A stretch of 24,000 bases of DNA, from assembly GCA_903862885.1 (NCBI GenBank), contig CAIOZU010000036.1:21284-45283 (forward strand). The letters are read 5' to 3'. Shown here one piece after another: positions 8,052 through 15,489 of this stretch. The stretch comes from an uncultured Pseudomonadota bacterium. GTDB taxonomy: Bacteria > Pseudomonadota > Gammaproteobacteria > Steroidobacterales > Steroidobacteraceae. Numbering within the stretch: the first letter of the stretch is position 1; every line of letters starts with the position of its first letter. The position numbers were made by a program, and so were the translations under genes. The notes beneath the pieces are model-generated. The model was not told the DNA's origin. It did no database searches and saw only the letters and a program-made list of their open reading frames with translations.

Positions 8052-9155
8052 TTAGATAAACGGCAGGGTCTGTAAGTGTCCTGCCACCGGTTGGCCGTCC
8101 TTGCGTACGTCCACTCGGTCACCGACCTGACAGTTCACATCAATCAGCGCGAAACCGATGTTCTTTTTCAGTCGATAAGACCAAGCGCAGTTGGTGAGAT
8201 CGCCCACCTTGACGCCATCGCGATAAATGGGGTGCCAGAGAAAGCCAAACGGCGTGGGTTCGTTGCCCTCGAGGACGACGCCTAACTGATGGCGCTTGAC
8301 GCCCTCGCGTTTAATTTGGCGAAGCGCCTCGATGCCGATCACGTCATTCGCCACATCAAGATCAATGTATTTATCGAGACGCACTTCAAACGGGTTGGTG
8401 CGATCATCGGTATCGCCGCCATAAGACAGCAGCCCGCTCTCGACGCGCTCACAGAAGTTGGGATTACCAGGGCCGATGTCCCATGGCTTACCGGCTTCCT
8501 TAAAGATATTCCAGAGTTGGCTGCCTTTAGCGCCGTCTCTCAGGTAAATTTCGTAGCCCCCTTGTTTCGACCAGCCGGAGCGTGCGACCACCACCGGAAT
8601 GGTATCGATGGTGGTTTCTTTGAACCAAAAATACTTGAGATCGCGCACCCAATCGCCGCACACGGACGCCACCACCTCAACAGCCTTCGGTCCTTGCAGG
8701 GCAAGTGGCGAGACGTCCGGCTCGCTGACCGCTACCTGCAGTTTGCGCTCCGCCGCAATCGCACGCGCCCAAAACCAAATATTCGAATCCGCGATCGATA
8801 GCCACAGGTGATCCTCGGCCAGCTTCAGCAAAATGGGGTCGTTGATTAATACCCCCTGATGGTTGCATAGCGGCACGTATTTGCCTTGGCCAGGGAGGCA
8901 CTGGGCGAGTGATCGGGGCGTGAGGATCTGGGCGAGCTTTAAGGCGTCGGGGCCTTTCAGTTCGACTTGCCGTTCGACCGCCACGTCCCACAGAGACACC
9001 CCATGGATGAGCCGCCAGTACTCTTCCTCTGGGTGACCGAAGCTGGTGGGCATTAACATGTGGTTATAGGTGGTGAACGCCGTGACCCCCTCAGCCACCG
9101 TGGCCGCGAAGTAAGGGGAGGGGCGAAGTCGTGCGGATGGGGTGATGCCAAACAT
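8052..9155 (-). CDS. Aminomethyltransferase (GcvT) family protein, DmdA-like (candidate tetrahydrofolate-dependent DMSP or other methyl-donor demethylase)
   Basis: 367 aa. Blocks RLRPSPYF..TTYNHMLMPTSF, LWDVAVERQVELKGPDA, SEPDVSPLALQGPKA, VVARSGWSKQGGYEIYL and ERVESGLLSYGGD match the DmdA subgroup of GcvT-fold enzymes as I remember it. The size also fits (~365-370 aa). Confidence 0.8.
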   Translation of the reverse strand: MFGITPSARLRPSPYFAATVAEGVTAFTTYNHMLMPTSFGHPEEEYWRLIHGVSLWDVAVERQVELKGPDALKLAQILTPRSLAQCLPGQGKYVPLCNHQGVLINDPILLKLAEDHLWLSIADSNIWFWARAIAAERKLQVAVSEPDVSPLALQGPKAVEVVASVCGDWVRDLKYFWFKETTIDTIPVVVARSGWSKQGGYEIYLRDGAKGSQLWNIFKEAGKPWDIGPGNPNFCERVESGLLSYGGDTDDRTNPFEVRLDKYIDLDVANDVIGIEALRQIKREGVKRHQLGVVLEGNEPTPFGFLWHPIYRDGVKVGDLTNCAWSYRLKKNIGFALIDVNCQVGDRVDVRKDGQPVAGHLQTLPFI

Positions 9156-9197
9156 GGGGTGTCACGGGGTTTTGGGGTCGGGAGGGTTTTATGTCAT

Positions 9198-9212
9198 ATT
9201 TGTCTGACAAAT
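9198..9212. promoter_or_regulatory. 15-bp perfect palindrome ATTTGTCtGACAAAT in the divergent promoter region (candidate operator)
   Basis: Read directly from the sequence. It lies between the DmdA-like start (9155, minus) and the ligase start (9256, plus). The core TGTCTGACA fits the generic GntR-type GT-N3-AC pattern. Confidence 0.3.
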
Positions 9213-9255
9213 GCCAGTTTCGTCATTTGGCGATTGTTTGAGGGGGGCATTGACC

Positions 9256-10824
9256 ATGATTGAGGCGCCACAACCGTTATTCGCTGACCTGCTGAGGTTG
9301 AACGCCCGATGGCGCGCGAGCCGGCCCGCGATCACCGTGGGCGCCACGCAGCTGAGCTGGGCAGCCTTCGACGCGCGCACTGAAAAAGTGGCTAATGCAC
9401 TGATTGATATGGGATTAGGCCCAAAGGACTGCGTGGCGGTGCTGATGGCTAATAGCCTCGAGTGGGTGGAATTGATGGGCGGTGCGATTAAGGCGGGTGT
9501 GTGCATTGCGCCGCTCAATCTGTCGGTCTCGGATGAGGCGATCGAGCGAATGATCGTGGACTCCGGGGCTGTCGCGGTCTTTGCCAGTGCCTCCCAGCAG
9601 GCGCGTATCGATGCCCTGCGAAGCCGCTTGGCTGCGATCCCCGCGCAGGGCTACATCGCCGTGGGTGCCGGTCCTCAGTGGGTCGATTTTGCGGCATGGC
9701 GCGATCGCGCCGCCGCTCTTGCCCGCGCGGTGGGGCCCTCGGCGGATGATCCTTTCAATATTATCTATAGCTCAGGGACCACGGGCTTGCCTAAAGGCAT
9801 TGTCCACAGTCATCGCCGACGTCTGCAGTGGGCCTATGACGTCGGGATGGCGCTTCGCTTTCATTCGGGTGCGGTGACGCTGTGTCCGGTTGGATTATTT
9901 TCCAACATCAGCATGGGCGCGTTGTTGTTCACCTTACTGGCGGGTGGCCAACTGGTGGTGATGGAGCAGTTTGAGCCGCTGGCTTTTATCGAAGCGGTGG
10001 AGCGCCATCAGTGCACGCACGTGATTATGGTGCCGCTGCAGTTTCAAAAGGTGTTTGAGCACGCGGCTTTTGAGTCTCGGCGTCTTCGCTCTATGCAGAT
10101 GATGTGTACCGTGGGATCGCCGATGCACCCGGATCTAAAAGCGCGTATTGCTGCCACCGTGTCGGCGGATCTGATTGAGCTCTATGGTTTGACTGAGGGT
10201 ATTATTACGACCCTCGATCCGGAAGATGTGCACACCAAGACGGCGTCGGTCGGCAAGCCCGTGCCGGGCACGGATATTCGCATCATTAATGAGCAAGGCC
10301 AGGTGCTTCCTTGCGGTGAATGCGGTGAAATCGTCGGTTGGTCACGCTTTGTTATGAGCGGTTATCACGGGCGTCCGGAGGCCACGGAGGAGGCGCTGTG
10401 GTGGGATGAAAAGGGTAAGCCTTGGCTTCGCACCGGTGATATGGGGCGACTGGATGAGGAAGGCTTTCTTTATATTGTCGATCGTAAAAAAGATATGATT
10501 TTATCGGGCGGGCAGAATATTTATCCGGCCGATATCGAGGCGGTGCTGAAGACGCATCCGTTGGTATTTGATTGCGCAGTCATTGGGATTCCAGATCCTA
10601 AGTGGGGAGAGACGCCATTGGCGTTGGTGATGGTGCGCCCTGAGCAGACGCCGGTGGCCGCTGCGGCATTGCGTCAGTGGGTGAACGAACGACTCGGTAA
10701 GCAGCAGCGGATTGCAGCACTTGAATTTCGTGAGGATCTGCCGCGTAATCCCACGGGTAAGTTACTGAAGCGCGAGTTGCGTGAGCCTTATTGGCGCACT
10801 GTAAAGTCATCATTTTTTGGATGA
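9256..10824 (+). CDS. AMP-dependent acyl-CoA synthetase/ligase (class I adenylate-forming enzyme)
   Basis: Motifs IIYSSGTTGLPKGIVHSH, LYGLTEG, TGDMGRLDEEGFLYIVDRKKDMILSGGQNIYP and PRNPTGKLLKREL. ATG 9256 is preferred over the track start 9211 because GAGGGGGG lies 7-8 nt upstream and homologues start near MIEAPQ. Confidence 0.85.
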   Translation: MIEAPQPLFADLLRLNARWRASRPAITVGATQLSWAAFDARTEKVANALIDMGLGPKDCVAVLMANSLEWVELMGGAIKAGVCIAPLNLSVSDEAIERMIVDSGAVAVFASASQQARIDALRSRLAAIPAQGYIAVGAGPQWVDFAAWRDRAAALARAVGPSADDPFNIIYSSGTTGLPKGIVHSHRRRLQWAYDVGMALRFHSGAVTLCPVGLFSNISMGALLFTLLAGGQLVVMEQFEPLAFIEAVERHQCTHVIMVPLQFQKVFEHAAFESRRLRSMQMMCTVGSPMHPDLKARIAATVSADLIELYGLTEGIITTLDPEDVHTKTASVGKPVPGTDIRIINEQGQVLPCGECGEIVGWSRFVMSGYHGRPEATEEALWWDEKGKPWLRTGDMGRLDEEGFLYIVDRKKDMILSGGQNIYPADIEAVLKTHPLVFDCAVIGIPDPKWGETPLALVMVRPEQTPVAAAALRQWVNERLGKQQRIAALEFREDLPRNPTGKLLKRELREPYWRTVKSSFFG

Positions 10825-11308
10825 ACGGGTGTCAATAGACTGCGCACTGATTTGGGATCTGCCGTCACCGTATTTACATCGGCTTGATGTTGCGGCTAAC
10901 GACATCGATAGCTACCAGCATGTGAATAATGCGGTATATGTCGAGTGGCTGGATCGCGCCGCCTGGGCGCATTCGAGTGCGCTTGGACTGCCGGTCACGC
11001 GTTGCGTGGCGCTCGATCGGGGGATGGCGGTGGTGCGCACCGTGATCACTTATCGGCGGGCGGCGGTGCGCGGGGATCGGGTGGTGGTGGCCACCTGGTT
11101 GTTGCCCGGTGACACCAAGATGCGCGTGAGACGGCGCTTCCAGGTGCAACGCCCCACCGATGGCGAGACCTTGGTGCGTGCCGAGATCGACTACGCTTGC
11201 ATCGAATTAACAACGGGTCGACCGGCGCGTTGGCCGGCTGAGTTCCAAAGCGGCTACCACATTCTCCCGGAGGTCATGACCGCACAGGCTCAACTGGCGG
11301 CCTTGTGA
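10817..11308 (+). CDS. Hotdog-fold acyl-CoA thioesterase (4HBT/YbgC-like)
   Basis: Signature NDIDSYQHVNNAVYVEWLDRAAWAHSSALGL. TTG 10817 overlaps the ligase stop by 8 nt. The alternative GTG 10829 lies 4 nt after that stop. Either start implies co-transcription with the ligase. Confidence 0.8.
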   Translation: MDERVSIDCALIWDLPSPYLHRLDVAANDIDSYQHVNNAVYVEWLDRAAWAHSSALGLPVTRCVALDRGMAVVRTVITYRRAAVRGDRVVVATWLLPGDTKMRVRRRFQVQRPTDGETLVRAEIDYACIELTTGRPARWPAEFQSGYHILPEVMTAQAQLAAL

Positions 11309-11335
11309 GACTGTGCGCGAGGCGTGCGCGTAGTC
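11309..11335 (+). terminator. Hairpin immediately after the thioesterase stop (G-U-containing stem, no U-tract)
   Basis: GACUGUGCGCG-aggcg-UGCGCGUAGUC forms about 11 pairs on the + strand RNA, including G-U wobbles. It sits between convergent genes. Confidence 0.3.
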
Positions 11336-11356
11336 TGCGGGCCGTGGGGTGTGCTG

Positions 11357-12295
11357 TTAAGGCTCTAACACCACTTTGATGGCGCCGGCCGCACGATTAT
11401 TAGCCATTTGGAAGGCTTCTGGTGCGGCATCGATCGGAAAACGGTGCGTGATGAGGGTGCTGGCGATTAAGGGGTTGGCGGCCAGTGCTGCCGCGGCGAC
11501 GTCGACGTCGCGACTGAGTCCACACTGATCATAAAGGCTTGAAGCCACCAGTCGCAGCGACTTCATGCCGATCTCTAGGGCAGGGATGGTTAAGCTCTGC
11601 CAGTAAGTGGCCAGCATCAGAATGGTGCCGCCGGGTCGACACAGAGTCACGCAGTGCGCCATCGCCTCCGTGGTGCCGGCGCAGTCGACAACTACTGGGA
11701 ATTCACCGCTGCCGTCCACTTGAGCGCCTAAGCGCACGGCCGCTTCGCGCTGCGCATCGTGTCGCGCGAACACCGTGAGACCACTCACATAGCCGCTGGC
11801 CATGGCCGCAGTGCAAAGGCCTAAGGAGCCGGCGCCGACGATTGCCATCGGTTCGCGTGGGTTAAGAGGCACTCGACGCAGGCCGTGGAGGGCGACCGCT
11901 AATGGCTCAACGAGACACGCATCGCTCGGTCGCAGTCCGTCAGGTAGGCGCACCAGGCAGCGCGCGGGGACGATGATTTCATCGGCCATGCCGCCGTCAT
12001 GGCTTACCCCATAGATCATGCCCGCACCGCGCCGACACAGCGCGTACTCGCCACGTGTGCAGCTGTCGCAGTGACCGCAGGGTGCGATCGGCTCGATGGC
12101 GACGCGTGTCCCGTTACTCAGTTCGCCCGCCATCTCATGACCGAGTGTGCTGGTGATGGGCCAGCCCGCAGCGATCAGGTGCAGGTCGGAGCTGCAAATA
12201 CCCGCCGAACGAATACGAACGCGGATGCCATCACCCTGCGGGGGCGCCACGTCCACCACCTGGACGTGGCCGGAAAGAGTTCTGACAGCGCGCAT
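11357..12295 (-). CDS. Zinc-dependent alcohol dehydrogenase (MDR superfamily)
   Basis: Catalytic-zinc motif GHEMAGE, structural-zinc cysteines CGHCDSCTRGEYALC, and a Rossmann segment MAIVGAGSLGL. Confidence 0.85.
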   Translation of the reverse strand: MRAVRTLSGHVQVVDVAPPQGDGIRVRIRSAGICSSDLHLIAAGWPITSTLGHEMAGELSNGTRVAIEPIAPCGHCDSCTRGEYALCRRGAGMIYGVSHDGGMADEIIVPARCLVRLPDGLRPSDACLVEPLAVALHGLRRVPLNPREPMAIVGAGSLGLCTAAMASGYVSGLTVFARHDAQREAAVRLGAQVDGSGEFPVVVDCAGTTEAMAHCVTLCRPGGTILMLATYWQSLTIPALEIGMKSLRLVASSLYDQCGLSRDVDVAAAALAANPLIASTLITHRFPIDAAPEAFQMANNRAAGAIKVVLEP

Positions 12296-12501
12296 CGAGA
12301 GGTGTCCAGAGAGTGCAGGAAGACATCCATGCTAACGCAAAGTCATTGGAAATGGGTGTTGTGCCTCATTAGGGCTGATGCGTCCGGGTAATACTTGTTT
12401 TATAAAGCTTGGGTTTTATAGAAGTTGGGGTTGGAGTGGACCGCTGGAGTCAACCGTGGAGGCCCTGGTCGTGAATAGAGTGCTTTGCACCGTGGAATCT
12501 T

Positions 12502-12813
12502 GTGAGGCGTAGCCCGTTCGCCTGGCATGGCGCGATGATCCTGACGGCGATCGGGGTCCTGCTGCTGTGCGCGAACACATCGGTGCTGGCTGCGCCGATT
12601 CAATCGCTCCGTGAGATTCGTTACCAGGGAATCGTTCTGCAGCGTTTCGAAACCAGTTGTGGTGCTGCGGCGATCGCGACCGTCTTAAGTTACGCCTTTC
12701 ACGATGTGGTGACTGAGTGGGGGGTGGAGCTGGGTAAGCGCTTGGCGGATGCGCTGGCACCGGCGGTTACTGGTGGCGTCAGGCGGCCTGAGTATTCCCA
12801 CCTCACAGGGTGA
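12502..12813 (+). pseudogene. N-terminal fragment of a periplasmic C39-like cysteine peptidase (likely remnant)
   Basis: Signal-like start MRRSPFAWHGAMILTAIGVLLLCANTSVLAA. It is followed by LREIRYQGIVLQRFETSCGAAAIATVLSYAF, the catalytic-Cys block of C39-like peptidases. Recognisable similarity ends after ~70 aa, and the downstream His/Asp region is absent. Confidence 0.4.
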
Positions 12814-13084
12814 ACACACTCAGCCCCTCCCTTATGTGTCGAGCGCTTATCTGGGTGCGACCGCTGTTAAGAATCTGGAGCCGCTGGTTGTGTTTGGTGG
12901 TCTATCCTATGTATATGCCATGAGAACATCGGGTGCGCGATTGTATGGTGCGCCGCCGGACAGTGTCGTTACGCGCTTAGGGGCATCGCTGGCGATCAGT
13001 CCGTTCACGGCGGTGACCGCCGGTTTGAACGCCAGCTATGTGGTGTCTGCCAATCCGTATTATCAGGTGCAAGCCCAAGTGTGA
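12749..13084 (+). pseudogene. C-terminal fragment of an outer-membrane beta-barrel transporter-like protein (likely remnant)
   Basis: It is in a different frame from 12502..12813 and overlaps it. The tail shows alternating beta-strand patterns (LVVFGGLSYVYAM, VVTRLGASLAISPF, AVTAGLNASYVVSA). There is no signal peptide and no N-terminal barrel portion. Confidence 0.35.
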
Positions 13085-13131
13085 CCGTCAATGCAACAGT
13101 TCCCTGCGGCGGCGGTGAATAACCCTTGACT

Positions 13132-13189
13132 CCCCTCGGTGATCTGCCGATCACTGAGGGGTATTGGCGGCCTGTCTGAGTGGGCCGCC
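13132..13189. terminator. Two adjacent GC-rich hairpins between convergent genes
   Basis: Hairpin 1 (13132..13161): CCCCTCGGTGATC-tgcc-GATCACTGAGGGG, a 13-bp stem with one G-U. Hairpin 2 (13166..13189): GGCGGCC-10 nt-GGCCGCC. Neither has a U-tract. Confidence 0.3.
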
Positions 13190-13225
13190 TACCTGCAGTG
13201 TCGGCAGCAATCCGTCACGCACACG

Positions 13226-13618
13226 CTATAACGATGACGTTTCGCGTTGGATAGCAACCCAGGCGACGATGGTGCGACCGACTTTAATGGGTACCACACG
13301 CCAAAACATAATAAAGGGCGTGCCATCTTTCTTGTAGTTGATGGCCTTGCCTTCAAATCGTCCCCCTGACTTGAGCGCGGTGGCTAAGCGTGCGATCACT
13401 TTCTTGTCGGTCGCAGGACCTTGCAGGATGCGGGGTGTTTTACCGACGACCGCCGCCGGATCAAAGCCGGTCAGTTTCTTGAATGCGGTGTTGGCGTAGA
13501 TGATTTTTCCATCACGTGACGCATCGGTAATCAAAACAGAATCAAAACTGTTTTCAACTAAGGCTTGCAGTAGTTGTAATTCTGCATTTTCACTTGCTAA
13601 GTTCACTGACTTTGCCAT
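13226..13618 (-). CDS. Short stand-alone PAS protein, LOV-like but lacking the adduct-forming cysteine
   Basis: The sequence VLITDASRDGKIIYANTAFKKLTGFDPAAVVGKTPRILQGPATD...INYKKDGTPF...VAIQRE aligns with the LOV consensus (..GRNCRFLQGpeTD..NYrKdGtpFwN..Q.D). ATG 13618 is preferred over 13672 because AAGGAAA lies 7 nt upstream. Confidence 0.8.
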   Translation of the reverse strand: MAKSVNLASENAELQLLQALVENSFDSVLITDASRDGKIIYANTAFKKLTGFDPAAVVGKTPRILQGPATDKKVIARLATALKSGGRFEGKAINYKKDGTPFIMFWRVVPIKVGRTIVAWVAIQRETSSL

Positions 13619-13950
13619 GGGGTATTTCCTTTGAAGCGGTGACGATGGGTGAGGCGATCGGGACCGACTCATGAAGGGTCGCCGATGAAGGGGGCAGTAT
13701 AGCCATCACGTTGGCCATCGGCGATGGTATCGCGCCGATCGCGACAGGCGATCAAGCCAGGATGAGGCGCTATGCGCGTCCTTGTCCTAGACAACACGGT
13801 CATGGAGTTCAATCGGTGGGTCGTTGGCCTGCCCGTGAGCTTAACGAGCATAGGGGGCTTTATCTCTGGTGAGCTCGCCGAGTACAGCTTGCCTCGCCAT
13901 TAGTCTTTAGAATAGTCCTCACCATGTTGGTCACTGATCCAAAAGGCTGA

Positions 13951-14586
13951 ATGATGCGTGTATTAATTGTGGGAGCCAGTCAGGGCATTGGTCTTGAGGC
14001 GACCCGGCAGGCCTTGGCTGCCGGCCATCAGGTGCGAGCCTTGTCGCGTTCCGCCGCCACCATGGCGCAATCCGACCCAAGACTGGAAAAGGTGGTGGGT
14101 GATGCGCTCAAGCGTGAGGATATGGAGTCGGCCGTTTCGGGTGTGGATGCCGTGATCCAAACCTTAGGCGTCGGCGTGCGTGATTTGTTTCGGCCGGTGA
14201 GTCTGTTCTCGGAGGCCACCCGCGTGTTGATCGCGGCGATGCAAGGCCAGAGGATCCAGCGACTTATCTGTGTGACCGGCTTTGGTGCGGGTGACAGCGA
14301 GTCGAGTATTGGCTGTTTACAGCGCGTGCCCTTCCAGTTGGCATTTGGTCGTGCCTATGCGGATAAGAGCGTGCAAGAGCAATTGATAAAAGACAGTGAA
14401 CTCGAGTGGACGATTGTGAGGCCTGGTGTGTTGACCAGTGGCAAGGCACGCGGTCGCTATCAGGTGTTGGTGGATGCGAGGTCCTGGCGTAATGGGCTCA
14501 TTGCGCGCGCTGATGTGGCGGCGTTTCTGGTCGCGCAATTGCAGGATCGACGCCATCTCCATCACGCACCGGTGTTGGTTTACTGA
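13951..14586 (+). CDS. NAD(P)H-binding atypical SDR (NmrA/BVR-B flavin-reductase-like)
   Basis: N-terminus MMRVLIVGASQGIGLEATRQALAAGHQVRALSRS (glycine-rich dinucleotide fold). Also WTIVRPGVLT, typical of the NAD(P)H-binding domain family. 211 aa. Confidence 0.85.
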   Translation: MMRVLIVGASQGIGLEATRQALAAGHQVRALSRSAATMAQSDPRLEKVVGDALKREDMESAVSGVDAVIQTLGVGVRDLFRPVSLFSEATRVLIAAMQGQRIQRLICVTGFGAGDSESSIGCLQRVPFQLAFGRAYADKSVQEQLIKDSELEWTIVRPGVLTSGKARGRYQVLVDARSWRNGLIARADVAAFLVAQLQDRRHLHHAPVLVY

Positions 14587-14620
14587 CCAGTCAGCCAGCA
14601 GGCCTGCTCTAGAGCAACTA

Positions 14621-14652
14621 AGGCCAGTCTAGGGCCAGTCTAGGGCCAGTCT
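14621..14652. repeat. Three tandem direct copies of an 11-bp unit (A)GGGCCAGTCT
   Basis: Read directly: AGGCCAGTCT AGGGCCAGTCT AGGGCCAGTCT. It lies in the 116-bp spacer between the two reductase genes, ~50 nt upstream of the SDR start. Confidence 0.85.
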
Positions 14653-14702
14653 GTGGCGAGAGGCTATCAGCGACGCCTTGAAACGCGTGGAGGGGGTGAC
14701 CG

Positions 14703-15452
14703 ATGACGACGGAATTTCAATCAGTGGGGCCCGCGGCCTACCCTTCTAATCGCGAATCGATAGACCCGAGTGGCGTGGCAGTGGTGTTTGGTGCCCGTGG
14801 CGGTATCGGCAGCGCGTTAGTCGAAGCGCTCCGTGCCGGGGGGCATTTTAAGCAGGTCATGGGCTTCAGTCGTCATACCGAGCCGCCCATCGATCTGCTG
14901 GACGAGGCGAGTCTTGAGCGCGCATCGGCGGCAGCGGCTGAGTGCGGCGAGCTGCGGCTAGCGATCGATGCCACCGGATTTTTGCACGATGCGCAGCAAA
15001 CACCAGAGAAGAGTTGGCGGCAATTAGAGGCGGATCATTTGGCACGCGCGTTCGCGCTGAATGCGATTGGACCGGCGTTGATCATGAAGCATGTGCTGCC
15101 GCGTTTTCCGCGGGTGGGTAAATCAGTGTTTGCGACGCTCTCTGCGCGGGTGGGCAGCATCGGCGACAATCGTTTGGGGGGTTGGTACGCCTATCGCGCG
15201 TCTAAGGCGGCGCTGAATCAACTGGTGCGTACCGCCGCGGTTGAATTGGCGCGCCATGCGCCACAGGCACTGTGTATTGCGATGCACCCAGGTACGGTCG
15301 CCACCCCACTGTCCGCGCCTTTTGAAAAGACGGGCTTAGAAGTGCATACCCCTGCGGTGGCGGCCGGCCACTTGCTCCGAGTGATCAATCAGCTCCCGGC
15401 ATCAGCCACGGGCGGCTTCTTTGATTGGCGTGGCGAGCCGGTGCCTTGGTGA
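14703..15452 (+). CDS. Short-chain dehydrogenase/reductase (classical SDR, CsgA/C-factor-like subgroup)
   Basis: Motifs VAVVFGARGGIGSAL (TGxxxGxG-type) and the catalytic YRASKAALN. Strong SD GGAGGGGG. Confidence 0.85.
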   Translation: MTTEFQSVGPAAYPSNRESIDPSGVAVVFGARGGIGSALVEALRAGGHFKQVMGFSRHTEPPIDLLDEASLERASAAAAECGELRLAIDATGFLHDAQQTPEKSWRQLEADHLARAFALNAIGPALIMKHVLPRFPRVGKSVFATLSARVGSIGDNRLGGWYAYRASKAALNQLVRTAAVELARHAPQALCIAMHPGTVATPLSAPFEKTGLEVHTPAVAAGHLLRVINQLPASATGGFFDWRGEPVPW

Positions 15453-15489
15453 GCCACTGTTATTAAACAGCGTGACCGCCCGCAGTCGC

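Noticed and set aside
8289-8801. 170-aa + strand ORF, and similar ORFs (1493..1753, 2195..2545, 7280..7567, 15785..16189, 17729..18181 and others)
   Set aside because: All overlap stronger, motif-supported genes, either antisense or in another frame of the same strand. They have Arg/Ala/Ser/Pro-rich compositions typical of off-frame ORFs in GC-rich DNA.
12416-12760. 114-aa minus-strand ORF overlapping the C39-like fragment
   Set aside because: Its Pro/Arg/Ser-rich sequence has no motifs. The + strand frame carries a recognisable signal peptide and catalytic-Cys block.
13619-13672. Upstream extension of the PAS ORF to ATG 13672
   Set aside because: The extension (MSRSRSPHPSSPLQRKYP) is low complexity and has no SD. 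ATG 13618 has AAGGAAA at ideal spacing.
13669-13851. 60-aa minus ORF, and a 44-codon + strand mini-ORF beginning MRVLVLDN (about 13770..13904) that resembles a response-regulator start
   Set aside because: Both are too short, and similarity is limited to 6-8 residues with no receiver-domain motifs downstream. I treat this as promoter region for the divergent PAS and reductase genes.
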